Of a stretch of DNA of 64,000 nt, positions 18,074-27,889 are shown one piece after another. Origin of the DNA: Minisyncoccota bacterium (GTDB lineage Bacteria > Patescibacteriota > Minisyncoccia > Phycocordibacterales > CAJBRS01); assembly GCA_035652395.1 (NCBI GenBank), contig DASRDX010000009.1, positions 144,411 to 208,410 on the forward strand, given 5' to 3'. A program made the translations under genes and the position numbers. The notes beneath the pieces were generated by a model. The model was given only the letters and a program-made list of their open reading frames with translations. It was not told where the DNA came from and did no database searches. How positions within the stretch are numbered: position 1 is the stretch's first letter; each line of letters begins with the position of its first letter.

Positions 18074-21000
18074 ATGAACAGGGCCAATCATTGGATCGCC
18101 AAAAATATTTTGGCTGGTCTCACCATCTTTTTATTAGTAGCTTCTTTATTTAGCGTCATTCCTTTCTCACAAGCGGTGGCGCAGTCTGATGAAAGTTCGG
18201 TAGCAACTGATGACACACAGTCAATCTTGCCGCCCGATCAGACAGAGACTGATCCTCCAAAAGATGAATCAGTAACCAATCCTTCGGTGGTTGAAGAAGA
18301 GACTGTTGCAGACACTACCACTACTACCACCTTTACTAATCCTTGCCCCGATTTTGATAATGACAACGTTGTTACGCAGGACGACGTCGATTTTGTAAAA
18401 GCTCATTCTGGCACCGCCGGAGGTTTTGATGTCGGCGACGCGAATGGAGATGGATCAGTGAATTCGGGAGATATTTCCTACACAAAAAGTCAATTAGGAA
18501 GAACCTGTAAAATAACCGTTACCATCATTAAATATATTGATGGCTCAAAGGCCACCCCTGAAAGCGCCGACAATGCCTCTTTCAACATGACGGCTACCTG
18601 GAATGCCGAGAACATCGGTGCTGGGAGTGGCTCTTTTGACTTAGATGCCGATGGATTCAATGGTGATTCTACCCCTTATCAGGCTATTACTTCCGAAATG
18701 ACTTCAGGCGCTGACTACAGCGTGGTGGAAAATAACGTACCTTCTTCCTGTAGCGATACAAGCGGGTACTCTCTTGATGGTTATAAAGTTGGCGATTCAG
18801 AATCGGACGCCCTCGCTAGCAGCACCCAAAATTCGGCTAATCTCAGTGATATCGCCAACAATATGTATATTTTGGTCATGAATCACAACTGTGCCTCCAC
18901 GGAGATTCTTCCTTGTCCTGACTTTGATCATGATCATATTGTAACTGACGCTGACGTTGATTTTGCCAGAGCCCACGCTCTCACCGTTGGCGGAGGCTTT
19001 GACGTAGGGGATGTGACCGGCGATGGCCGAGTAGATTCTGCAGACGTTACTTACACAAGAAGCCAATTAGGAAGAGTGTGCCAAGTTATCTCTGGAATGA
19101 AATGGAATGACGTAAACGGCGACGGTCAAATAAACAATGAAGAAACCGGTCTTCCTGGTTGGACCATTACTCTATTAAATTCAGATGGAAACGAAATAAC
19201 TTCTACTACCACTGATTCCTCAGGCAACTATTCATTTAATGATTTAGATCTCGGAACTTATTATGTATGTGAATCTCCACAAGACGGCTGGCAACAGACA
19301 TACCCCACTGACAATTATGGTTGCGAGAACGGAACTGAAGGCTACAGTCTAAGTATTGAAAGCGCCAGTGACAATAATGGAAATATTAACTTTGGTAATC
19401 AGGTAATTCCGTGTGAATTAAATCAGACATCCACAGATGTGGTTAGTGATGAAAGTACTCAAGTAGATGGCCACGATTCTGTTGCCGTCACTCCACATCC
19501 TGCCTGGACTTCTATTCCAGATGCTACTTGGATTTGGGCCGAGGCCTTAGATCAAAATGGCTCCTCTCCAGCTGAAACTAAAGAATTCACCAAAGCCTTT
19601 AACATTTCCGGCACTCCGCTCAATTCAGTTCTAAAAATTGCTGCAGACAATTACTACTCCCTAATGGTTAATGGTAATCCATTTGATACGGGTACTTCTG
19701 CCACGGACTTGGATAACTTTAGCTCTGCTGATACATGGAATATTCCGGCCGCCTCTCTTCAGTCAGGAAACAACACTTTCAGTTTTACTGTCACCAACCC
19801 AGGCACCAATCCTGACAACGGTCAGCCATTCGGCGATCCAAACCCTGCCGGTCTCGATTACAAATTGACTGTTAATAGCAACGGCTGTAATCCTCCTGAA
19901 CCGACATTTGTAAAAGTTCATATCTACAAATATGTAGGTGATAGCGAGGAATCTTCGCAGGTACCTGATGACTCCGCCGACACTCCATTTCCGATGAATG
20001 CCACCTGGCATGCAACAAATCTAGACGGGGGAGCCACTTCTTCAGCAGACTATGTCCTCGGAAATCATCATGGAGGAGCGACTTCAACATTCGCCGCCGA
20101 TACTTCTCCAATGCAGACTCCGGTCATCTTCTACCATACATATGAGAAGACCACGGCCGACGACCAATCCAGTCAGGTTGTTCCAACTAATTCCGAAGTT
20201 TGTCCGGCAGGAGATTTCCGATTACTCGGGTATCGATCCGGCAACTCTCTTGCGGAAGCAGAAAATGCAGAACTCACCACCGATTCTCCTAATTATGAAG
20301 GCTTCAGTCAGGATAAGTTCCTGATTGTCGTAAACCAGCCTTGTCCTCCAGATGAAGGAGGAGAGGGAGATCAAGCCACTCTGACAATCGTTAAAAATAC
20401 GCAAAGTGGGAATGGCACCTTTACCTTCAACCTTTCGGGGGATACTTCTACTTCCACGAACGTTACTACTACTGCAGGTACTGGCACGGTCACCCTTAAC
20501 CTCAACGACGGCACCACTACTATTTCGGAGATTTCACAAAATGGTTGGACTTTGGCTAGCTCAAGCTGCCAATACGATAACGAATCAATTGGGATTTCTG
20601 TACCCAACGGAGAGACCGTTGTGGTAGATGATGGCGACCATGTCACTTGTACTTTCACCAATACCAAGAGCACGGGCTGGATTAACGGTTTGAAATTTAA
20701 TGACCAAAACAGTAACAGTATTCGGGATGAAGGAGAGCCGGGTTTACCTGATTGGGGAATCAATCTTTCGCGAGTAGTTACCAATGAAGATGAATCAACT
20801 TCAACTGAATTGGTGGCCACCACCACTACTGATTCTAGCGGCAATTGGAGTTTCCCACCTCAAAGCTGGGGCACCTACATTATTACGGAAACACAGCAAA
20901 GTGGCTGGACCCAGACGGCTCCAACATCAACGTCCTTCACTATTAGCATCACTCCTTGCTTCTCCATATTCTCTATTGATTTCGTTGGCTTCTGCGGAGA

Positions 21001-21526
21001 CATTAATACGGATATAAACGGTAATCCTCTCTACTTCGGTAATCATCAGAATCCTACTGACAACAATAACGGAGGTGGGGGTGGTGGAGGAGGTGGTTCG
21101 GTTACAACTTCAGTCATTGGCGGCTTCGGCGGCCCAAGCGGTGGTAATATTGGCCAGGTTTTGGGAACCAGCACCGGACCGATGGCTGACCAGGGAGGAC
21201 CTCTGACATGTTCCGCCTATCTTCTAAAATACATGCGATACGGGCGATCAAATGATCCGGTAGAAGTAAAGAAACTCCAGGCATTCTTGAATGAATTCCA
21301 GAATGCCGGACTGCCGGTAACAGGATTCTTCGGCAAGCTAACTTTAGCGGCTGTGAAAATATTCCAAGTAGCTCAAGAAGCCTTCATTCGAAATCCATGG
21401 GGCCAAGCCGGAGTACCTATTAGTAATAGTGAGTGGCCAACCGGATACGTCTACAAGACTACCTTGCATCGAATTAATGAATTGAAATGTGCGAGCTTGA
21501 ATGCTCCGATTCCGCAGCTGCCTTAA
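18074..21526 (+). CDS. Large surface protein (dockerin-like repeats, SdrD/Cna B-type domains, C-terminal peptidoglycan-binding domain)
   Basis: Signal peptide; GDANGDG and GDVTGDG repeats; two G-K-ND...E-GLP-W-I-L...TTTDSSGN units; VKKLQAFL...TGFFGKLTLAAVKIFQ. Confidence 0.8.
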   Translation: MNRANHWIAKNILAGLTIFLLVASLFSVIPFSQAVAQSDESSVATDDTQSILPPDQTETDPPKDESVTNPSVVEEETVADTTTTTTFTNPCPDFDNDNVVTQDDVDFVKAHSGTAGGFDVGDANGDGSVNSGDISYTKSQLGRTCKITVTIIKYIDGSKATPESADNASFNMTATWNAENIGAGSGSFDLDADGFNGDSTPYQAITSEMTSGADYSVVENNVPSSCSDTSGYSLDGYKVGDSESDALASSTQNSANLSDIANNMYILVMNHNCASTEILPCPDFDHDHIVTDADVDFARAHALTVGGGFDVGDVTGDGRVDSADVTYTRSQLGRVCQVISGMKWNDVNGDGQINNEETGLPGWTITLLNSDGNEITSTTTDSSGNYSFNDLDLGTYYVCESPQDGWQQTYPTDNYGCENGTEGYSLSIESASDNNGNINFGNQVIPCELNQTSTDVVSDESTQVDGHDSVAVTPHPAWTSIPDATWIWAEALDQNGSSPAETKEFTKAFNISGTPLNSVLKIAADNYYSLMVNGNPFDTGTSATDLDNFSSADTWNIPAASLQSGNNTFSFTVTNPGTNPDNGQPFGDPNPAGLDYKLTVNSNGCNPPEPTFVKVHIYKYVGDSEESSQVPDDSADTPFPMNATWHATNLDGGATSSADYVLGNHHGGATSTFAADTSPMQTPVIFYHTYEKTTADDQSSQVVPTNSEVCPAGDFRLLGYRSGNSLAEAENAELTTDSPNYEGFSQDKFLIVVNQPCPPDEGGEGDQATLTIVKNTQSGNGTFTFNLSGDTSTSTNVTTTAGTGTVTLNLNDGTTTISEISQNGWTLASSSCQYDNESIGISVPNGETVVVDDGDHVTCTFTNTKSTGWINGLKFNDQNSNSIRDEGEPGLPDWGINLSRVVTNEDESTSTELVATTTTDSSGNWSFPPQSWGTYIITETQQSGWTQTAPTSTSFTISITPCFSIFSIDFVGFCGDINTDINGNPLYFGNHQNPTDNNNGGGGGGGGGSVTTSVIGGFGGPSGGNIGQVLGTSTGPMADQGGPLTCSAYLLKYMRYGRSNDPVEVKKLQAFLNEFQNAGLPVTGFFGKLTLAAVKIFQVAQEAFIRNPWGQAGVPISNSEWPTGYVYKTTLHRINELKCASLNAPIPQLP

Positions 21527-21619
21527 GGTAATTAGGGCGGGAAGCGGGGAAGGAAGGGCGGCGCCTATTGTTCCGGCGCCGCCCTTTCAATTTCATAAAT
21601 CCATGGTATAATATGAAAA

Positions 21620-22645
21620 ATGCTAAAGAAGCTTTTCATTCCTCACCGCCACAACGACTATAAGCCCCACATTCTGCGGGAATTTTCGGTACTCGTCATG
21701 CTTCTCCTAATTGTAGTGGTCTTTGCCGGCTCTTTAGTAGTCTCTCACTTCGTCGGTACCAGCAGCCTGACGGCTGACATCTATTCAGCGGTTATTGTCA
21801 GCCTGACGAATCAGGACAGAGCAGCCACTAATCTTTCTGTTCTTAGTCCGAACCCGCTTTTAGCAGCCGCTGCTCAGCAAAAAGCTAACGACATGGCCGC
21901 CCGCGGTTATTTTTCTCACATTAGTCCCGATGGGCTGACTCCTTGGTACTGGATGTCGCAGGCTGGCTACCCTTATCTGTATGCCGGCGAAAATCTAGCC
22001 GTTGATTTTACCGACTCAAATGATGTGGAGAGAGCTTGGATGAATTCACCACTTCACCGGGAAAATATTTTAAACGGTCATTTCACCGAGATTGGAATTG
22101 GCATCGCCAAGGGTAATCTAAATGGCCGACCAACTACTTTTGTAGTACAGATGTTTGGTTCACCAAAACCAACCACGGTCGTAGCCTCAACACCTGAAAC
22201 CATTGTTACGACTTCCACCGTTACCACTTCCAGTACTCCTCGAGTTGTGATTGCAGCAATCAAACCCAAAAATAAAGTGGTTCCTGCCCAAGTCATTACG
22301 GTTTCAAGTAGCCCGACCTTTATCGCCGTCAAAAGTGTAGAAGGAGAATCTATTTCACCAGCTACTACAGAAACTAACGTAGCCACTAATTCTGTCTCTA
22401 TAAGTTCTATTAAATCCGGAGGTAATTGGTTTGAAAGAAGTTTCAGTAATCCTGCTGAGACTGCTAGAAATATTTACCTAGCCCTGGCCGCTTTTGTGAT
22501 ACTTTCGTTGCTTCTTTTTATTTTTATCGAATGGCGCATCCAGCATCCGAAAAATATCGCCTATGGTGTCTTGATTTTAGTTATCATCCTAAGCGCCACC
22601 TACATTAACTGGGTGATTTTCTTCCCGTCAGTATCGGTTGTATAA
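21620..22645 (+). CDS. CAP/SCP-domain membrane protein
   Basis: YFSH, AGENLA and WMNSPLHRENIL motifs; terminal TM helices. Confidence 0.85.
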   Translation: MLKKLFIPHRHNDYKPHILREFSVLVMLLLIVVVFAGSLVVSHFVGTSSLTADIYSAVIVSLTNQDRAATNLSVLSPNPLLAAAAQQKANDMAARGYFSHISPDGLTPWYWMSQAGYPYLYAGENLAVDFTDSNDVERAWMNSPLHRENILNGHFTEIGIGIAKGNLNGRPTTFVVQMFGSPKPTTVVASTPETIVTTSTVTTSSTPRVVIAAIKPKNKVVPAQVITVSSSPTFIAVKSVEGESISPATTETNVATNSVSISSIKSGGNWFERSFSNPAETARNIYLALAAFVILSLLLFIFIEWRIQHPKNIAYGVLILVIILSATYINWVIFFPSVSVV

Positions 22646-22675
22646 TTTAATCGATTATTAGCTAAATTTATTCTT

Positions 22676-23383
22676 ATGAAAAGATCTAATTTAAAAGCTG
22701 GTTTAGGACCGTTAATTATTATTTTGATCGTGGCAGTAGCCTTGGCCTTGGGCGGAGGAGTTTATTACAGTGTTCATCACGCTCCAGCCACTACGGTTTC
22801 CAATGATACTTCTGCGAATGTAAGTGTTTCAGGTCAAGCCTCTAACGGTACCCTTAGGAATCTACTCGCTATGGGCAAGAATGTTATGTGTACTATCGAC
22901 GAGAGCACCGCAAGCTCTAGTTTAATGGGTACCATGTATATTGCCGGCACTAATATGAGGGGAGATTTCACCTCGAGTTTTAATGGATCGGCGAAGCTGG
23001 ATTCACACATGATTAGAAATGGAGATATTATGTACGCCTGGAGCGGCTCACAAGGAGCAAAAATGACTTACAACACCAGTGACATGAGCAATGCTTCTGC
23101 CAATTCCAAGAGTCAGAGCAATGTAAATCTTGATCAAAAAGTAAATTATCATTGTTCGAGCTGGTCACCGGATAATTCCAAGTTCAGTGCGCCTACCAAC
23201 GTCAATTTCATTGACATAAATGCCGCTATGCACGGAGCGGCAGGTGTAAGCGGAAATGGGAATGCGGGAACAGGAACAAAAGCAAATGTTAGTGCCGGAG
23301 CTTCTGTTTCTGCTCAATGCAGTGCCTGCGCTTCTCTTAGTGGCAATGCTAAGAGTCAGTGTTTGCTAGCATTGCATTGTTAA
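22676..23383 (+). CDS. Membrane-anchored exported protein; paralog of 61031-61594
   Basis: N-terminal TM helix; shared GT-Y--G-N-RGD and VNLDQ---Y-C--W motifs. Confidence 0.7.
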   Translation: MKRSNLKAGLGPLIIILIVAVALALGGGVYYSVHHAPATTVSNDTSANVSVSGQASNGTLRNLLAMGKNVMCTIDESTASSSLMGTMYIAGTNMRGDFTSSFNGSAKLDSHMIRNGDIMYAWSGSQGAKMTYNTSDMSNASANSKSQSNVNLDQKVNYHCSSWSPDNSKFSAPTNVNFIDINAAMHGAAGVSGNGNAGTGTKANVSAGASVSAQCSACASLSGNAKSQCLLALHC

Positions 23384-23451
23384 GAGTTTAGAGTCTTGAA
23401 ATTAGAAGAGAGGGCTGCCGACGGCAGCCCTCTCTTTGTTATAATAATTAA

Positions 23452-24183
23452 ATGTTCCAGCCAACTTGGAAAATTAAGGCAACGATAATTGCGCTTACCA
23501 TGCTTCTTAGTGGTTTCATTTATCTTCAAGTTCACTCTCAAAACTTACCACCTAACCTTGAATATTTGAGACTTGATCAGCTTTTCGGTCTCACCGCTCT
23601 TTTTTATTTGATCGTAGTAATGATGGCCGGTCCGCTTTATCGCCTTTTTCCCAATCTACCAACCAAGAATCTTCACCGGGCATCTCTAGGAGGCCTGGGT
23701 ATTTCTACTTTTTATTTAGCTTTTCTTCATTTTCTCTGCGGCTTTTTCGGTACTCTTAAGGGTTTTGCCGGTTTACCTTTTTTAACTCCAGTCTATTTAA
23801 TAGCCTTTATTCTGGGTCTAATTGCCTTAATTATTCTCGCTATAATGGCCAGCATTTCTTTTAAATGGGCCATGGTTAAATTAGGTAGCAAATGGAAATC
23901 CATTCAGCGGCTGGTGTATGTGGCTGCCATCGCCTTGTTAATTCATCCGATTTTAATTGGGGATGACTTTAGAGATTTCACTCATCCGACCGCCTTTTTC
24001 TTTATCTTGGCAGTGGTGATTTTAATTTTGCTGTATGCTCTCAGTACCTACCGGCATTTAGTTAGCAAATATCCGAATGTTTCCCGCCAACTCTGGAGCC
24101 TTTCACTCTCAATTGTCTTAATCGGCGGTTTTTATTTATTATTCTTATTGCATGGATACATCAATGGCGGGCACCATCACTAA
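23452..24183 (+). CDS. Ferric-reductase-like (MsrQ-type) transmembrane protein
   Basis: Multiple TM helices; FYLAFLH and WKSIQRLVY...LIH motifs. Confidence 0.7.
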   Translation: MFQPTWKIKATIIALTMLLSGFIYLQVHSQNLPPNLEYLRLDQLFGLTALFYLIVVMMAGPLYRLFPNLPTKNLHRASLGGLGISTFYLAFLHFLCGFFGTLKGFAGLPFLTPVYLIAFILGLIALIILAIMASISFKWAMVKLGSKWKSIQRLVYVAAIALLIHPILIGDDFRDFTHPTAFFFILAVVILILLYALSTYRHLVSKYPNVSRQLWSLSLSIVLIGGFYLLFLLHGYINGGHHH

Positions 24184-24739
24184 TTCATTCAAAGCTCTCT
24201 GTCTAATAGTCCTTTGCTTCGGCTTTTTCTTGGCTGTCGAAAAAGCCGATGCCCATTTTATTTTAGTAGATGATCAGATTGGGGCTATTCTTCATATTGA
24301 TCCGAATGATTCACCAGTAGCTAACTCACCGAGTACTTTTAATTTCTCCTTTAAAGACCCTAGCAACCGACTTGATCTAAGAAAGTGTGATTGCACTTTT
24401 AGCATTATCAGTAATGGTAGTCCGATTTATACCGCTAAACTTAGCGCTGATCCGAACATTCAATTCTCGGCCACCGAGGCCAGTTTTCAGTTTACTCTAC
24501 CCGAGACGGGCATTTACACCCTAATCATGGAAGGAAAACCGATGGCACCGGTCGATTTTCAATCTTTTAAATTAAGTTATGACCTTCGGGTAGATCAGAG
24601 GGCAGAGACGGGAGGAGCGCCTTCGGCGCTCCTCCAATTCCTTGCCGGCCACAGTCTCCACTACATTCTCTTTGGGGGAGCAATCCTGATCTCCCTCTAC
24701 ATTATTATTCGTGACATCAGGCGAAATAAAAAGATATAA
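24152..24739 (+). CDS. Exported membrane-anchored protein, possibly metal-binding
   Basis: Signal ending ADA|H, LHIDPND motif, C-terminal TM helix. Confidence 0.6.
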   Translation: MDTSMAGTITNSFKALCLIVLCFGFFLAVEKADAHFILVDDQIGAILHIDPNDSPVANSPSTFNFSFKDPSNRLDLRKCDCTFSIISNGSPIYTAKLSADPNIQFSATEASFQFTLPETGIYTLIMEGKPMAPVDFQSFKLSYDLRVDQRAETGGAPSALLQFLAGHSLHYILFGGAILISLYIIIRDIRRNKKI

Positions 24740-24746
24740 TGATTAT

Positions 24747-25343
24747 ATGAAAAAGATTTACGTAATGTTTGTTTCTATATTATTTTTCGGTTTTTTCAGC
24801 GCGGCGAGTGCTCACGTAGTAGTTAAACCAAACGAGGTGGGAATTGGCAGTTTTCAGACTTTTGTCATGGGGGTACCGGCAGAGAAAGATTTACCAACCG
24901 TCGGATTAAAACTTTTAATTCCAGATGGTCTGACTTTTGTCAGTCCGAATGTAAAACCCGGTTGGAAAATCAACATCCTTAAAGAAGGTACTGGAGAGAA
25001 TGCCAAAATAACAGCTATTGAGTGGTTTGGCGGATCGATTCCCGCAGGTGAGCGCGATGATTTTTACTTTAGCGCCAAGGTACCTGCTACCTCTACTGCT
25101 CTTTCTTGGCGAGCTTATCAGACATATAGTGATGGTTCTGTGGTTTCGTGGGATCATGATCCGTCCGAAAACATCACGGACTTCTCCCAATCTGGACCAT
25201 ACAGCCAGACAAAAGTTGTAGATGATTTAAACCCGACTCCTTCAGTTTCAAAAACAAATAGCACCACTTTAACTATTAGTTTGGTAGCCTTAGTATTTTC
25301 TCTGATGGCTTTGGCCAGAGCACGTAGAGCCACTCATTCTTGA
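24747..25343 (+). CDS. YcnI/DUF1775 copper-binding family protein
   Basis: ASA|HVVVKP, VPAEK, KPGW and YQTYSDGSVVSW motifs; C-terminal TM helix. Confidence 0.85.
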   Translation: MKKIYVMFVSILFFGFFSAASAHVVVKPNEVGIGSFQTFVMGVPAEKDLPTVGLKLLIPDGLTFVSPNVKPGWKINILKEGTGENAKITAIEWFGGSIPAGERDDFYFSAKVPATSTALSWRAYQTYSDGSVVSWDHDPSENITDFSQSGPYSQTKVVDDLNPTPSVSKTNSTTLTISLVALVFSLMALARARRATHS

Positions 25344-25400
25344 TTTAAAGCTAAAATTTGGTATGGTGAAAAACATCCCTTCGGCTAACCGAAGGGTAAG

Positions 25401-26072
25401 TTGTCTAAAATGCCTGAAGAAAATAAAAATTCAGAAAGCGTCGGAGAAATCAAAGTACCGATTTATCGCCGTCCTATTTTTCGGAATATTATTATTGGGG
25501 CAATAATTTTAGTTATTGCGATCGGTTTTATTTACTGGTTTTCTAATCGCAATAAAATTTCTACCGATAACGCTACCGTTTCCGCTCCGGAAATTGCCTT
25601 AAGCGCCGACACGCCGGGCATTTTACGGGAACTTTATGTCCGGGAAGGGGACATTGTTACCCCGAATCAGGCGGTGGCACGAGTGGGCGATCAATTAATA
25701 AAGACCAATGTCGGAGGTGTAGTAGTCAAAACTACCGATACTATCGGTACTCTATTTAATCCGGGACAAGCAGTTGTGACGATGGTTAATCCGAATGATT
25801 TACGAGTACTGGCCAATGTGGATGAAAATAAAGGCTTAGTTCGAATCAGCGCCGGTAACAGGGTGGTATTTACGGTGGATGCTTTCGGTTCGCGCAAATT
25901 TGAGGGAACTGTTGAGTCTGTTATTCCATCGGCAGTAGAATCACAGGTAGTTTTTAATGTTTCTGACAAGCGAGAAACTCGGCAATTTACGGTGAAAATT
26001 AAATACGATGTTGATGCTTATCCGGAAATTCTAAACGGGATGTCGGCCAAGGTGACTATATATACAAAATAG
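25401..26072 (+). CDS. HlyD/EmrA-family adaptor (short form)
   Basis: TM helix, STDNA, lipoyl-like VREGD-V, GMSA-V; lies upstream of an MFS pump. Confidence 0.8.
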   Translation: MSKMPEENKNSESVGEIKVPIYRRPIFRNIIIGAIILVIAIGFIYWFSNRNKISTDNATVSAPEIALSADTPGILRELYVREGDIVTPNQAVARVGDQLIKTNVGGVVVKTTDTIGTLFNPGQAVVTMVNPNDLRVLANVDENKGLVRISAGNRVVFTVDAFGSRKFEGTVESVIPSAVESQVVFNVSDKRETRQFTVKIKYDVDAYPEILNGMSAKVTIYTK

Positions 26073-26128
26073 AGGGGGCAGAGAGTAAGGAGAAGTAGTC
26101 GCCGCGAAGCGGCGACTAAAACAATCTA

Positions 26129-27625
26129 ATGGAAAAAACGGCCGAAAAATCTAATTTAAGATGGTGGATTCTGCTGACGGTCATTATTGGTACCTTTCTG
26201 GGTCGTCTCGATCAGACTATTGTTAATCTGGCTTTGCCGAAAATTATTTCCGATTTCGGCATTACCGTCTCTACGGCTGGCTGGATCGGTACTGCCTACA
26301 TTCTAGCTAACGCCGTTTTCGTGCCGATCTGGGGCAAACTTGGTGATACAATCGGCCGGAAAAAAGTTTATGTTATCGGCTTTTCCATCTTCATTCTTGG
26401 TTCAGCATTGGCCGGACTGGCTTGGAATTTTTCTTCCATGCTAGTTTTTAGAATCATTCAGGCAGTAGCCTCCTCTGCCGACTATCCGACCGCCATGGCT
26501 ATTTTAACGGTTACTTTTACTACCCAACGTGACAGAGCCCAAGCCCTCGGTATTTGGTCGAGCGCTTTCGCCGCCTCCGCCGTTTTGGGGCCGCTTATCG
26601 GCGGGCCATTGATTGACAGTTTCAGCTGGCGAATGGTCTTTTTGATTAATATTCCTATCGGTGTGATTGGAATCATTATGGCCATGATTTTCATTCGCGA
26701 ATCTGTTTCCGAACATAAAACGGTTTACTTTGACTGGTGGGGAGCTTTTCTTCTTGGGGGTGCCTTAACTTCCGTTACCTTAGTTCTTGATAAGGGAAGC
26801 GACTGGGGGTGGTTATCTGCTAGTGCTTTGCTCTGCTATTTCTTAACTGTTTTCTTGATGTGGGCCTTCATTAAAGTGGAACAAATAGTTAAAGAACCAT
26901 TAGTGGATCTACACTTCTTTAAGAACAGCATTTTTGTCAATACTCTTGTCAATAACTTCATTATTTTCATGGGCATGATTGGCTCTCTTTTTATTATTCC
27001 GATTTTTGCTCAGACATTTTTGGGTTACACCGCTACCGAAAGTGGTTACTTATTTATTCCCATGGCCGGAGCTCTGATGTTGGCGGCCCCCCTTGGGGGC
27101 CGCCTGACTGGTCGCGTCCAGCCGAAGTACGTCATTATTGCCAGTACTTTGGGCGCGGGCATTGGTCTTTATTTCTTTACTTGGATTGACCCACGTTCTA
27201 CACCGTGGGATTTGATGTTTCCGCTTATGATCATGGCCTTCTGCATGGGCTTTGGTATGGCTCAACGTACTAACATGATTGCCTCAGCCGTGCCCCAATC
27301 GGAAATTGGCGTAGCTTCTTCGGTACTAGCGTTAATAAGAAACATCGCTGGAGCTTTCGGCATCGCTATTTTTTCGGCCATTCTTACCAATTCTATTAAT
27401 TCCAGCGTGGTGAAGCTCAGTCAACATAGCACTCTTCGAAGCACCGATCCGCTGGCCGTGAAGGAATTTATCAGTTTAATTATTTTGAAAGCGGAAGTTA
27501 TGGGCTTTGCCGTAGTCTTCTGGGTCTCTTCTCTGCTAGTTATCTTTGGCGGCTTACTAGCCTTCTCCTTTAAAAAGGTAAAAATGGGCGGTGAAGATAA
27601 GGTGGAAGTCTTCGTGGAGGCATAG
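26129..27625 (+). CDS. DHA2 (EmrB/QacA) MFS efflux transporter
   Basis: LDQTIVNLALP, GKLGDTIGRKK and GPLIGG...WRMVFLINIPIG motifs. Confidence 0.92.
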   Translation: MEKTAEKSNLRWWILLTVIIGTFLGRLDQTIVNLALPKIISDFGITVSTAGWIGTAYILANAVFVPIWGKLGDTIGRKKVYVIGFSIFILGSALAGLAWNFSSMLVFRIIQAVASSADYPTAMAILTVTFTTQRDRAQALGIWSSAFAASAVLGPLIGGPLIDSFSWRMVFLINIPIGVIGIIMAMIFIRESVSEHKTVYFDWWGAFLLGGALTSVTLVLDKGSDWGWLSASALLCYFLTVFLMWAFIKVEQIVKEPLVDLHFFKNSIFVNTLVNNFIIFMGMIGSLFIIPIFAQTFLGYTATESGYLFIPMAGALMLAAPLGGRLTGRVQPKYVIIASTLGAGIGLYFFTWIDPRSTPWDLMFPLMIMAFCMGFGMAQRTNMIASAVPQSEIGVASSVLALIRNIAGAFGIAIFSAILTNSINSSVVKLSQHSTLRSTDPLAVKEFISLIILKAEVMGFAVVFWVSSLLVIFGGLLAFSFKKVKMGGEDKVEVFVEA

Positions 27626-27837
27626 AGAGGCGCTTCGCAAAACACTCCATTTTAAAAGTCCTCGGATCTCCGGCTGAATTCTTTTAAGGTCGGCCAGACT
27701 ATTTAAAATGGAGGTTATGCTCCGCTACGGAGTTGAATGCAGCAATTATTTCTATTCTAGGTCTAAACCTTTAGACAGGCAGGACGACGGCTTCGCCGCC
27801 GCCCGATTCACCGACTGGACTTCGGATGCTCTAATGT

Positions 27838-27863
27838 TGTAAGATTCGGGCCGGCTCTTCGTT
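27838..27863 (+). promoter_or_regulatory. Putative ECF-sigma promoter
   Basis: TGTAAG-N16-CGTT. Confidence 0.55.
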
Positions 27864-27889
27864 ATACAGAGTCCTAATCTCTTTATTTT

